Origin: Octopus vulgaris | Lineage: Eukaryota | Direction: 5' to 3' | DNA length: 64,000 bases | Assembly (NCBI GenBank): GCA_951406725.2 | Contig: OX597822.1 | Coordinates: forward strand, 58,900,001-58,964,000 | In this document: in pieces, positions 25,101-38,115 of the stretch | Numbering within the stretch: the first letter of the stretch is position 1 | How the letters are laid out: every line of letters begins with the position of its first letter | Notes under the pieces: model-generated | Seen by the model: the letters and a program-made list of their open reading frames with translations, nothing else | Database searches by the model: none | What the model was told of the DNA's origin: nothing | Made by a program: the position numbers and the translations under genes

Positions 25101-28100
25101 CTAGAACTTTGATATTCTCTGAAGTCTGATTATCCCAAAATAAAATTCAATTTAATCAGGCTTTATTGGGCAAAAAGCTCAACTGATGTCTATCGGAAGA
25201 CTGCAGTGATAGTAGTTTATAAGTGTATTTACAGTAGCATTGGCAGGCAAAAATTGCAGAATCTCTTGGAGACTGAATCATTTCTAATGTTATAATACAT
25301 TATTTCCATGAAATTTAAAAAATATTATTAGCAACGGAACCAGTATCTTAATATCCAACTTAACGTTGAGGTCTTGTAAGAACTAGGTATTAGCCTGAAG
25401 AGATCCGCTGGTATAGGCGCTCAATGCATAGAACCACAGATATATGTCATTGCAAATGAGAATATCTGTTATGGGTACCAGAACTGCTAGATCATGTGAC
25501 TGCAGTATTTGGCGTTCTAAGAAATCTAACTTAAATTGGATATAAAGATTGCATTTTGATACTAATACTACTTCCGTTGCTATTAATTATTTTTTTAATA
25601 AGCCTTCTTGCTATTTGTGGTATTAGTGACTGAAATTCTATAAATCAAGGCAGCGAGATTTTGCTGGTAGGCTGTCACCAGGCACTTGCATCTGAGGAAG
25701 TTCAGACTGAAACCATGTGAACTAGTTGTTCCAGCGTCCATAATTGAGGCTTCTCGTCTGCTATATGTTTGTGCTTGGTGCCACTTTGGTGAGTGATGTA
25801 CAATTTAAAGGGAGTTTACTTTGTGTTAGTGCTACTTTGTTTTGTGGTCTACGTGAGCAAATTTACTTGGTTGGCTGATCTACGTGCTTATTTTAATTAT
25901 TATATTGTTTTATTATTAATTACTAAGACATAAAGGAAATATGGTTTTCCTATTATTAAAATAGTAAGAATTTTGAAAAAGTACATTTACAATGCTAAGT
26001 AAGTCCTTCGGTAATCTCCCTTGTAGATCACACACCAAAATGGCACCTTGTGCTTTTATGCACCCTGTATCTATATGAGAGGACATCACAATGTTAATAT
26101 CGCTGTCTTCAGCGTTCTAACGAGACATCCACGTTCAGCTGGATATAAAGATAAAACTAATACTTTCTTACCTATCACACATGCATATATATATATATAA
26201 ACTACATCCATAGAATATTATTAGAACATCTCAACATTTCACTATATTCAAACGTAATAATATAATATCTAATACAATACAAAATATTTACGTGTAATCA
26301 CATCTTTCGAGAAATCTTTCAATACATGTAAAACGTAACACAGTTCGTTGAGAGCTCGTTAGTTTATAATGTTTGATCAGGTTGCTATCTAGCTGTTTCA
26401 TTAGGAATAATGGTTAACAATTCAGCGAGTTTTTCGGGAATATTAATATATTCTCGAAAAAAAAAAAAAACAACAAAGAAAAACCCATTATCTGGAGTAT
26501 CTCTTGACGGGGGTTAAGTCTCTAATTGCCATAATGTTTTCTTGATTGAGAAAAATATTAGCATGTTGGCGATTTGATAATAGATCAGGGTCGTCTTTAT
26601 TACGAATGTAACCCCGCAACAGAAAATTTTCGAGCAAGTAAAGCCAGTCTGCCATTCACATTTTCTAGCTGTTTTTTCGATGAAAGGTGACGAGACGTTC
26701 ACGAGGTGCTGCATTTTTGGATGTACACAATATGAACTACATCGAATGTAAGACGCCAGGGAGAACACGTTTATTTCGGGGTTTGTTAGATTTCCAGGTT
26801 TCCATAGTGATGGCACGTGGGTAGGTAAGTGGCTAGAATATTCAGCTCACGATCATAAGGGAGCGTGTGTCCTTGAGCAAGGCACTTTATTTTACGTTGC
26901 TGCAGTCCACTTAGCTGGTAAAAACGAGTAGTATTTCAAAGGGCCAGCCATGTCATATTGTGCCACGCTGAATCTCTCTGAGAACTGTTTGTGAAATGTT
27001 CAGCCACTTGCACGTTAATTTCACGAGCAGGCCGTTCCGTTGATCGGATCAACTGGAACCCACGTCGCCGTAACTGACGAAATGCCAATGTAGTATAGAT
27101 TTCCTGGTATAATGTGATACTGGATCGAGAGGCTTGTTGAAACTCTCATACCTATTGGAGAAATACACAACTGCTAGTAAAAAAATCCCCCAAAACAAAA
27201 AAAGACTCCTCTTCCGATCTGTATAAAGAATAAGAGAAAGACTGATCAGTCAGTGTTACGTGATGGAGAAGACAAAATGGATTGTGTGTCAATAATCTCT
27301 TCTTTGTTACTGAAAATTGGCAGCATTTTTTACAAAACGCTTCACGACCATCCGCAGTTAAACGGTCTTGTAGAACGAATGCTTTAGGCAATTAACATGT
27401 GTTTATAAGGTGTTCTTCCCAACAGCCAAAGGGGCTAGACATAGAGGGGATTAAGTCGATTAGATCGACCCTAGTTCGTAAACTGGTACTTATTTAATCG
27501 ACCCCGAAAGGATGAACGGCAAAGTCGACCTCGGGGGAATTTGAATTCAGAACGTAGCGGCAGTCGAAATACTGCTAAGCATTTCGCTTAGCGTGCTAAC
27601 GTTTCTGCCAGCTCGCCGCTTTACAATTCCCTATATTACCACATTGATTTAAAATTTTGACACAAGGCCAGAAATCCCGCTGTACTCTTTCACCACAACT
27701 TTCTCTCACTCTTTCTTCATATTTCTGCCACAAAGCAGAGCAACCATGGTGTAACCCGCTATGGTGTGGTAAAACTTTCAGACCCTAGTCTAGATTGCGA
27801 ATCCTCTGTAACCCAGGATGGTTCATCTCTCCACCCGTTAAAAGCCACCGTTTACGGAATGAGGATAACAACGTAGCTTGCGCGCCCGTGCAACCGCCAC
27901 CGCGTGTGGTGGGTGGATCTTCAAGTTGCCACACGCATTCTTAGTAGCTTAGAGTAGGCTCGAATTAGAGATTATTCCTTGTGGCTAATGACGTGAGTCC
28001 TGATTGGAAGAAGAAGATGAAGACAACAACTATGCTGACCAATTTTCACTTGCAAAGATGATGCAATACTTGAAATGTAATAGTCTCAAACAGATATGGA

Positions 28101-28235
28101 GAAAATAACGAGAAATTGAAAAATTACTAATTTTGCCCCCATCTCCTATTCAACATCACATCTTGCTTATTATGGACCACCGGCATGGGAGACAGTGGAC
28201 ACTGGCATCGACCACATTTGGATGATGCATTTTAC

Positions 28236-28400
28236 GTGCCACCAGGTCATGCTTCACCACCTCATCTCGTGTCTTCCTGGGTCTACTTCTTTCACAGGTT
28301 CCTTCCAGTTAGGTAGTGGCACTTCCTCACACAGCTGTCCTCATCCACACGTAACACATGATCATACCGGCGCAGTCGTCTCTCTTGCACCACCTCATTA
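28236..28400 (-). mobile_element. RTE LINE 3' fragment
   Basis: Translates VVQERRLRRYDHVLRVDEDSCVRKC, similar to the RTE C-terminus at 14200-14350. Confidence 0.75.
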
Positions 28401-28401
28401 T

Positions 28402-28435
<34 letters not shown>

Positions 28436-28436
<1 letters not shown>

Positions 28437-28806
28437 TGTATATAAAGCTGAAGTTGTCTGTGTATGGCAGGTTTGGTACTCTTCAACTAACACTATCTCC
28501 TGCTCGACCCTGCGTCGCAAGTTGACCAAAATTGAGAGTGTGATAGAAGAAGGCTTGCTCTTCCTTCCGAAGAAGAAAAAATTCAGATCGGACCATGTTA
28601 ACACCAAAAATTATTTACATCAAAAACGTGCTTTTTTTCTATGGAAATACCTATTTTTTACGATTTTTTGACTGCCGTGTCGCCATTTTTCAGTGTATTT
28701 CAATCAGAAAAATGTTCACGTAAAGAGAATAACAAGCTACATAATGCAAAAATTCCAATTCTAAAGGGTCGAAACAAACCTGAGCAACGCCTGGTGATAC
28801 TGCTAA
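28436..28806 (+). mobile_element. Non-autonomous Helitron-like element
   Basis: Starts ...tatataaagctgaagttg. 3' imperfect hairpin cctgagcaacgcctgg followed by ...ctgctaa (degenerate CTAG). Confidence 0.5.
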
Positions 28807-28955
28807 CATAAAAAAAAATATGAGAGATCACTATATGGATCTCTTGTATACTAAAAATAGACGTCAAACCGTCTTACCACTAAATCTGTATCTGTGTTCT
28901 CAACTTGTATATATATATATCAACTTGTATATATATATATATATATATATATATA

Positions 28956-29775
28956 CTAGCTGGCGGACCCGGTAATTTCCGGGAGTAAAGATGTTCTATT
29001 GAAACGCCTTATTACTCTGATATAAGAAAGCAATTTCATTATAACTGCCACAAAAGGTGTATTTTCCATCACGGAAATGTACAAAAAACTGTCAGCTGGA
29101 GGAGGGAGAGATTGTTGGAGGTTGGCAAGAGGCGAAGACGTTATTCTGCTTAGCGAAGGCATCTGGGAAATGTGTGACTACTGTCATTCACAGAAAATCT
29201 ATTGTTTTACCTTGAGAAAAGCGCTGTTGAAGTGTTAAGTGAAATTTGGCAGTCGAGGATCGAATCTACGCTATGCCTGCATGAAGCCACTACAAATACG
29301 TTGTGGAATAAAAAGATTTATCTACTGTCATGGAAAAAATGTAACTGTAAAAATGCAGAATTATCGAAGTAATAGGCATTCAAAAAAGTATGTATATATA
29401 GAAATGTATGAACGAAGTCTTTAAGGTTTAAGATTCAAATCAAGGAAGTGCAATAATAATGTTTAGCAGTTCAAAACTGTGATTAGTGAAATGCAGAATT
29501 AGGTCGGCTGATCGTGAGAATTAAATATTGATCGCTTCACTAAAATCTGTCTGTGGTATGGGTTATTTCCCTTGGGTGTTTAAAAAAAATAGCTATATAC
29601 GGTAGATATAAAGGTCCCTTCTAGGGGCCGTATTATTGATCTTTTCAACAATCTAAGTATTTCACGAGGTTTCCAGACATGAGTTCTACTTATGTGTCAG
29701 GTTTCATCAAAATCAATAAAACGATGTCGGAGGAGTTAGCTAACAACACCACAAACAAACACACCGATTTTCCAT

Positions 29776-29790
<15 letters not shown>
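28956..29790 (-). mobile_element. Non-autonomous Helitron-like element
   Basis: Minus-strand 3' end has hairpin cccgg-aaatta-ccggg 8 nt before a terminal CTAG (28956-59); no TSD. 5' boundary approximate. Confidence 0.6.
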
Positions 29791-29806
<16 letters not shown>

Positions 29807-30696
29807 CATGTATATACGTAATCATAATTTTAATTTACAATTTTCCATGCTTGCTTGAGCTGGATGAGACTATGCTGGAGCCGAGTTTCTACAGGTAGAT
29901 GCCCTTCCTTGGTGCCAATATCTATCTGTTTCCAAGCAATATGATAATTCTCCAGTCTATCAAACAATATCCCCAGCATACTTTCGTTTTGGACTGCGAG
30001 TAGAGGATATTATCGGTATGAACAATGCTCTATTTCAAATGTGATGCATTTGTACTGTCAATAATATGGTTTAGAGAAGACAGAGCAGGTGGGGGGCTAT
30101 CTGTCATAAGATGTATCTGTGCTGTCATCAAAATGTTTTAAAGGAGACCAGTTAGCTGTTTTTGATATTGTGTATCTGCATTATCATCAATACAATGGCT
30201 TCTAGAAGACAGGTGTGCCTTCATTGATACACTGTACCTGTACTGTATAAGTGATTTGCAGGGAACATATATCTTTAATATGATATACCAGCATAGTGAA
30301 TAAAACTTTTAGAGGGGGAGAGAGAGATAAGGTATTTTTAATATAGCATACCTGGTAAAATATTTTCTAAATTTTGTTTTGCTTGGACATAAACAGGCAA
30401 TAAAGAGAACAATAGAGAAAATAGATAAGTATATTTAGAAGAGAGACAAATTAATATTTATTTATTTATTTTTATTTCATCTTTATTTTTATTTATTCAT
30501 ATTTATTTTTATTTCTGTAAGAAACAAAGCAGAATGAGTTTATAAAATGTGGAAAGAAAAACAAATTACTCGAAATTACCATAAAAGAGAGACAGATGAG
30601 AATATGGTGAAGTGTAAGTCAGTAAGGAATTATTGTCTCGCTTTCCAAGGTCATTATTGTACGTATGTGAGTATGTGCATGTGTATTTTTACATGT

Positions 30697-31220
30697 ACAC
30701 TGGCATCTCAAAAATAAATAGACTCTCCTCATTAAACTGTGGTATCTGAGCAGACACTACATGATGCTTCAAACCTTTTAATGTATTATTAGTTTTCATT
30801 TCAGGTTATAGTATATTAATTGTTTATAACAACTAGCCAAACCGCAAGCACCAGAATCAAAATAGTTATCTGATTTTCAAAGGTGTATCATGAGTCAAGC
30901 TAAGGGTGGACTTAACTAGTGTAAGATTACACAAAATCCTGGGATACCTCTTTCCACGGTCAACTGAATGATTGTACAATTCCTCCAGTAAAAGAAAAGT
31001 ATCAGCAGAAACTGGGACCCTTTCACAGTTTCTTTGAGCTGTTGTCACATGGATCCCTGCAATGAGGCAGCTGATGTTGCAGAGCAACTCCAAAAGAGCC
31101 AGACCACTTCTGTGAGGTATCTCTATCAGATTGGCTACTTTGGCAGAGCAGCTGGAAGAAAACGTCTTCAGGAAAATATCTAAAGAAAGGAGAAATCTTT
31201 CAAAAACAATGGTATCTATT
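30697..31220 (+). mobile_element. Possible Tc1-like transposon relic
   Basis: TACACTG start and a degenerate HTH-like frame (...GIPLSTVN) with stops. Confidence 0.35.
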
Positions 31221-31284
31221 GAGGTGAGTCAAGTTTTGCAATGTTTGCATATGTGCTAATTTGCAGCATGTATATCATGTGACG

Positions 31285-31545
31285 TGGAGGTGCGTGGCTT
31301 AGTGATTAGGGCGTCAGCACCATGATCGTATGATTGTGGTTTCAATTCCTGGACTGGGCGACGCGTTGTGTTCTTGAGCAAAACACTTCATTTCACATTG
31401 CTCCAGTCCACTCAGCTGGCAAAAATGAGTAACGCTGCGATGGACTGATGTTCCATCCAGCTGGGGAGCACATACACCATAGAAACCAGAAAACCAGGCC
31501 CATGAGCCTGGCTAGGCTTTAAAAGGGTACATTTATTTATTATTA
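31285..31545 (+). mobile_element. tRNA-derived V-SINE-like element (related head at ~26812-27090)
   Basis: A/B boxes, gtgttcttgagcaaaacactt, ctgcgatggactg..ccatccag and an (ATT)n tail. Confidence 0.65.
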
Positions 31546-31559
31546 TATCATGTGACTGA

Positions 31560-32370
31560 AGCAGTTCCATGCTGTAGAAGATACCTGCTGAGGTTGGTAG
31601 TACCATGGTAGTTGATGTGTTGACATATTGTGCATTGCTTCACTCTGTATGTGATTTGAAAGCGGCACAGATAAACATGCAACATAGTCTAATTCTGGAA
31701 CTTATGCTTTACAAGTTCAAGCCAGACCATAATGCTGCAGAAGCAATCAAAAACATTTGTGGTGCAATATGTGATGGCATAGTTATTCACAATAAAGTAA
31801 CCAGCTAGTTCAAAAAATTTCACTTGGTTTGCAAAAACGTTGATGATCAGGTATGGCCAGGTAGGCCTAAATCTGCAGCTTCCAAGGCCATGCTCCAAGT
31901 CACAGAGGCAAATAATAAGGGACTATCATGCGAGCTTTGCATCTCTTGGATTTATGTCATTTTGTGGTAAAAATATCTCACATTGGTTAGCAGAAAGTGA
32001 GCTCTTCCGTGGCAAGACAACACATGACCTCATACAACTTGAACGACCTGGAATAAACTCCAGGAACTTGAGGGATCAAACTGATACCATACCCAGCATA
32101 CAGTCCGGCCCTAGCTCCTTTGGATTATTATTTGCTGTAATCCATGGCTCACTTACTATGCTTATGATGCTTCATCAATCAAGAGGAGGTAGGAGCTTCA
32201 GTGAAGTTCTTCGCTTTGAAGGATAAGAACTGGTACTGGCATGGGATCAAAGAACGGGTAAAAAGGTGGTTTCAGGCAGTGCAACACAATGGCTTCAACT
32301 TTGAATGTTAGGCTGCTTTTGTTGTAAAGCAAATAAGTTACCAAAATATTGCAAAACATGTGACTCATCA
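31560..32370 (+). mobile_element. Mariner transposase relic
   Basis: ELMLYKFKPDHNAAEAIKNIC (mariner HTH) and a YSPALAPLDYYL motif (canonical YSPDLAPSDYHL) near 32095-32135. Confidence 0.8.
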
Positions 32371-32682
32371 CAATATTTACTTTTGAGATGTCCCTGTGTG
32401 TGCATTTTGTGTTCAGATATATATATGTTCTTACTGTTTAGCTCAGCATCAACTTTCATGGAACAGACTGTTTTGTTTTCAGATACAGTGTATCTGGGAT
32501 CATATTATCCAATGTGTCATTCCACTTTTGAGGCAGCAGAATGTAATTTAAGAAAGATTTGGCTGCTATTTCTAGCAAGCCAAGTGACCACATAGAGACT
32601 TATCCATTGGCTTGAGATATAATCTGAATTCACAGATGTGTACATATATGTATGTATGTATTTATGTATGTATGTATGTACG

Positions 32683-32722
<40 letters not shown>

Positions 32723-33168
32723 CTTTTACTTGTTTCAGTCATTTGACTGTGGCCATGCTGGAGCATCTCCTTTAGTCGAGCAAATCGACCCCAGGATTTA
32801 TAGCTTGTAAGCCTAGTACTTATTCTATCGGTCTCTTTTGCCAAACCGCTAAGTTACGGGGACGTAAACACACCAGCATTGGTTGTCAAGCAATGTTGTG
32901 GGGGACAAACACAGACACGCAAACACACACACACACATATATATATACATATATACGATGGGCTTCTTTCAGTTTCCGTCTACCAAATCCTGTCACAAGG
33001 CTATAGTAGAAGACACTTACTCAAGGTGCCACGCAGTGGAACTGAACCCAGAACCATGTGGTTCGTAAGCAAGCCACTTACCATACAGCTACTCATATAT
33101 ATATACTATTAGTGACAATTGTATTTTCCTTTTTGGTTTTATATTGCATCTAGTCACCTTTGTTATTT

Positions 33169-33201
<33 letters not shown>

Positions 33202-33271
33202 GTATATATCCATGTGTGTGTGTGTATGAATATATTTATGTATATATTCTTATATATATATATATATTATA

Positions 33272-33310
<39 letters not shown>

Positions 33311-33812
33311 ATGTGTCTGTGTGTATGTATGAATGTTTGAATGTACACAAGTGTGTATGTGTATTTAAAATTATGCATGTATGTTTGTCATTCTGTTCCT
33401 TTGGCTGAATAAGTAAGTACAGACACACATATATATCTGCATGTGTAACCAAGGGACGTACAATTGTATGCATAAGAAACCGTGTTGGTATGTTAATCCT
33501 CAACCAGATATTAAAGCAATATGTGGAAGTTTTGAGAGATTTGAAATATTTTTTTTTTGTTTGTTGTTTGTTTTATCTTCAAAGTAAATAAGTTAACTTC
33601 TGAAAAATTCTATTTTGAAGATGCTGGTGTCGATGATGTTGATGATGATGATGATGATTATGATGATGGTTATGATGATGATGGTTGGGGATACTGGAGA
33701 GGGTTGGGGTTTAACGGTGTGGTAGCATTATAAATTGCAGCAGACTTTCTGTCTGTGTGCAAATCTCGTTCGTTTTGCAGTTATTATAAATCAACAGTGG
33801 CAGAATGATGAC

Positions 33813-33843
<31 letters not shown>

Positions 33844-35032
33844 TTGGTGTTGCAATTGTTGTTTTTAAAAAGAAATATAAGAGCTAATAACAACCATACA
33901 ACAACATTTTTACTTTCTTCTGCTGCAGTAACAGTAATGGTGGTAGTGGTGGTGGGAGTGTTGCAGCTGCAGTTGTAGCAAGTTACACTTTTAATGTAAT
34001 CTGCTGCTTTAGTGGCTGATGATGATGAGGTGATGATGATGATGATGATGATGATGAACTATTTTAACAAACAAGTAAGTTTATTTGTGGCTAAGAATAT
34101 GTGTACATCACATGTGCACACGCACTTACATACATGGAGCGTAATAAGTAGAACAGATTTTAATCTCTTTAGATACAATGTGGAGGCTTAAAGACTTGAA
34201 GAGGTAAAAAAAAAAATTAGTTTAAAACTTAAATGGACTTCCCCACTCTCTTCCAAAACATTATAAAAAGAGAAAAAAAATGGATTAAAAAATTACATCT
34301 TGATATAAAAATATTATAAAAACAAGCCTCTATTTTAAAACTTATCTAAGTTGTTTATTTTACAAGTTTGGTTTAGTAGCAGAATAGGCAGAAAAGCAGA
34401 TTAAAATGTTTTACATCAATTAATTATCTTCTGACTTCAAATCCCAGCAAAATCAACTTTGCTTTGGTGCTTCTGAAACCAAGGTGATTCAGTTAACTGC
34501 ATTCCGTTCCCATAAATTTTTGTCTTGTGCCTATATTAGAAAGCACCAGTCTAGAATTGGGGTTGATGGAATCAACTAACTATACCCATTCAAAATTACT
34601 AACCAGAAACTATTACTATTATTATTATTATCATTATTCTGTTGCTATATGGTACTGATGTTGTGCCCAGTTTTATTATAGATCCTTTTAAGCCATGGAG
34701 CATTTTATACCGCCTGTATAAAAAAAAAATTCCTGCCCTTCATAGCTCTTCTTATTTTGCACTGAGGACTTCTAGATAAGTCTTATTGAAACTAGTAAAC
34801 AGGTGTCCTGCACTGCATCTAATCCCAGATTATGATCAAGATTTTCAAAAATTTTTTGTAATTGTTCTTAAGGTTCCAGATGATAATTGGTGGGATCATA
34901 GTTTTGTTAATTAATTATTCCATCTGGGGCTGATAAGATAAAGTACCAGTCAAATAGTGGTATTGAAGGAAATGACTAAACCCCACCCTCAAAATTGCTG
35001 GCCTTGTATCAAAATCAGAAATAATAACAATA

Positions 35033-35067
<35 letters not shown>

Positions 35068-35081
35068 TAATGGTAATGATG

Positions 35082-35249
35082 ATGAAGAAAGTAAGTATCA
35101 TTACAGTAGTTGTAGGGGCACTGGGAACATTAACAACCAGATTTGAGAAAATTGTTGGAGAAATTGGGATTGACATGAGGGTGGAACATGTTCAGGAAAC
35201 TGCTTTATTGAGGACAGTGAAGATTTTGAAATTGGTACTTGGATGTTAA
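35082..35249 (+). mobile_element. 3' end of R4/Dong-like (REL endonuclease) retrotransposon embedded in (TAA)n
   Basis: Translates MKKVSIITVVVGALGTL...VQETALLRTVKILKLVLGC*, matching the R4/Dong C-terminal VVVGALG...IQK.ALLGT..ILR pattern. TAA-type repeats on both sides. Confidence 0.7.
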
Positions 35250-35374
35250 GTATTGTGTGGAAAGAGACCCCATGAGATCCTTAACAACAGGTTGTTGTCT
35301 GGTCTTGAAGAATTAGCCAGAGCAAGTGAATTGAAGAGCTCTGAGAAGTGAAATGGAAACAATAATAACAATTG

Positions 35375-35430
<56 letters not shown>

Positions 35431-35823
35431 AGCATAGTCATCTTGCTAGAGTCTGCACCACATTTTTGGATTTGCTTTCACTAAACACTTCCTATTTAAG
35501 CTTTTCTGCTTAACTGAGAGGTACCAACTAACTTGCCTTTATCAGAAACAATGAACATCAGAATGCAAATAGCTCTTCCCTACACAAATCTCATCAACCA
35601 TGCCTTTTCAAAATTTTAATTTTATTATTACTATTACAGAACTATAGTGAAAAAGGTGGGATTTTTACTATGAGGAGGAAGTCCAGTTTGTGTATTGCAG
35701 TTCTGACTTGTCAGAGTACTCCAAACATTGAGGGGTTTGCCGACTGACCTTTGGTGTCTGTCATACACACACATATTTCATATGGTAACTGTTAAAGCAT
35801 TTAATCATGTATACACAAACCAT

Positions 35824-35877
<54 letters not shown>

Positions 35878-35990
35878 ATGTATGTATGTTTGTATGTAAA
35901 TTAATGTTTGTTTTTATGTTGAGTTATAATAAAAACAATTTTGCATTAAACTGAAGCACCACTCAATACATTTTGTAGAACACATATTTA

Positions 35991-36127
35991 TTATTCTTTA
36001 ACAAGAATAGCATTAACATTAATTTTGAAGTTTCAGCCTGATAAACCATCATTGGACAGCCCGATATGATGGCTTAGCAGGCTAGACCTTCAAAGTCACT
36101 ATCAGCACTATTCATGTTAATGAATAA
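35991..36127. repeat. Degenerate inverted repeat (~62-bp arms) with hammerhead remnant
   Basis: Arms 35991-36052 and 36066-36127 are imperfect reverse complements. Consensus of the arms reads ATGA-TGGCTT-AGC-AGGCT-GAAACTTCAAAGTC. Confidence 0.6.
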
Positions 36128-36868
36128 TATATATATATATGTAATGTATATATGTCACATATTCTCTAGAGCACAGCTGAAAGAGGAGGAGGAGGAGGAG
36201 GCAGACAAAAAGAAATCTTAGTTCAATAACATCAAGGACTGGTCAGGATTCAACACCGCAATTCTATCGCATTTAAGGACAAAGATCAGTGATAAATGCT
36301 GACCACTACAGCAGCAAGAGTGACACCCAACAATTGCATATATATTTGTATACATTATTTTATTTTATTTTTTTATATGTCTGTAGGGTTGTTATCTGTT
36401 CCCAACTTTTGATGTAAAATTTCCATTGTTCTGAATTTTTTTAGTATCGTGTCTTGTCCCTCATCCATTGAGGCAAATAACAAAAAAAAAATATATATGT
36501 AGTTATTGTGGAAAGTATTATTATTATTGTTATTGTTATTATTACAATGTTAAAGACTGTAGCCAATGTGTTTGTTAATGTTTGTTGTAGGCATCACACA
36601 AAACATACAGATTTGTGTTATTCTTGTGGGAGTTTGTGTGTGTGTGAGTGTGTTTGTGCATGCATGTTTGTGTATGGACATGCATATGTGTATTGTTTGT
36701 ATGTATTTAAGGTGTGTATTTAGGCAAATGTGTGCTTGTATGTATTAATGTATGTCCATGTATATGTATGTAGTAAAACACATACATGTGTATAAGTGTG
36801 TGTGTGTGTGTGTGTGTGTGTGAGCATGCGTGCGTGCATGTGCATGTAATGTATGCACATGGAAATGT

Positions 36869-37011
36869 TTATGCAATACAGATGAGACTCTTTCCAGTGA
36901 GAATATCCTCTTGAACTTTTTGTCGATTCATGGAGTGGTTGGCCTGGATGGACAGCGTGGAACAGATGAAGATGAAGCAAATGCTGACAATATTGAGATA
37001 TAAAGCCCAAC
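36869..37011 (-). CDS. LHFPL2: LHFPL2-like terminal coding exon
   Basis: (CT)n tract plus ttgcag|, then GWALYLNIVSICFIFICSTLSIQANHSMNRQKVQEDILTGKSLICIA*, matching the LHFPL2 C-terminus (GWAFY...KVQEEIEEGKNLICLL). Confidence 0.94.
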
Positions 37012-37756
37012 CTGCAAGATAGAAAGAGAGAGAGAGAGAGTGACAAAGAGAAGATACAGTAATTACAAATAAACAGGCGCAGGAGTGGCTGTGTGGTAAG
37101 AAGCTTGCTTACCAGCCACATGGTTCCGAGTTCAGTCCCACTGCATGGCACCTTGGGCAAGTGTCTTCTACTATAGCCTCGGGCCAACCAAAGCCTTGTG
37201 AGTGGATTTGGTAGACGGAAACTGAAAGAAGCCCGTCGTATATATGTATATATATAAGTATGTGTGTGTGTATATGTTTGTGTGTCTGTGTTTGCCCCCA
37301 CCCCTTCCCGCCAACATCACTTGACAACTGATGCTGGTGTGTTTACGTCCCTGTAACTTAGTGGTTCGGCAAAAGAGACTGATAGAATAAGTACTAGGCT
37401 TACAAAGATAAGTCCTGGGGTCGATTTGCCAGAAATGGCCCAAATATGCCTTGTGTTTTATATCCAATCTGGCCAGAGCTAGCCACTCACACCTATCCTA
37501 CCATGTCATTCTAAATATAGGCAATAGCATTCTTGTATTCTTTTACTTGTTTCCATCATTTGACTGTGGCCATGCTGGAGCACCGCCTTTAGTTGAGCAA
37601 ATTGACCCCATGACTTCTTCATTGTAAGCCTATTTCTTATTCTATCAGTCTCTTTTGTTGAACCACTAAGTTACAGGGATGTAAATGCACCAGCATTGGT
37701 TGTCAAGCAATGTTGGGGGGACAAACACAGACACACAAATATATACACATATATAC

Positions 37757-38115
37757 ATAAATGAAAGAATGGAGTCGAACGACGATTTAACAAAATTCCT
37801 TTATTCTCGACATATGTTTTGAAGACTGCATATTCCTTGTCTTTCCTGATGAGAAGGCGGCATAATGCACCCTTTATTCCTTCGGAATTAAGAATACGCA
37901 GTCTTCGAAACATATGTCGAGAATAAAGGAATTTTGTTAAATCGTCGTTCGACTCCATTCTTTCATTTATTTATAGTTAAAAAAACACACAAATTTCCAC
38001 ACGAAAGCACGTGATCTCTGCCCTTGGCATGTAGCTTCAACCGTGTTTTCTGGCGTGATTTTGCTACCCGGGTATCGGTTAACCGAATTATCCATACTAA
38101 GATAATTCATTCAAC
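37757..38115 (+). mobile_element. Penelope-like element terminus with 79-bp inverted repeat, inserted in the microsatellite of a SINE
   Basis: Arms 37757-37835 and 37892-37970 differ at only two CpG-type positions. A hammerhead spans the loop and right arm. The SINE resumes at ~38116. Confidence 0.7.
37842..37922 (+). ncRNA. Minimal type I hammerhead ribozyme motif
   Basis: Reads TTTC-CTGATGA(37846-52)-GAAGGCGGC...GCAGTCTTC-GAAAC-ATAT-GTC(37916-18)-GAGA. Full core, extended stem II, palindromic stem III ACAUAUGU, canonical GUC site, 4-bp stem I. Confidence 0.75.
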
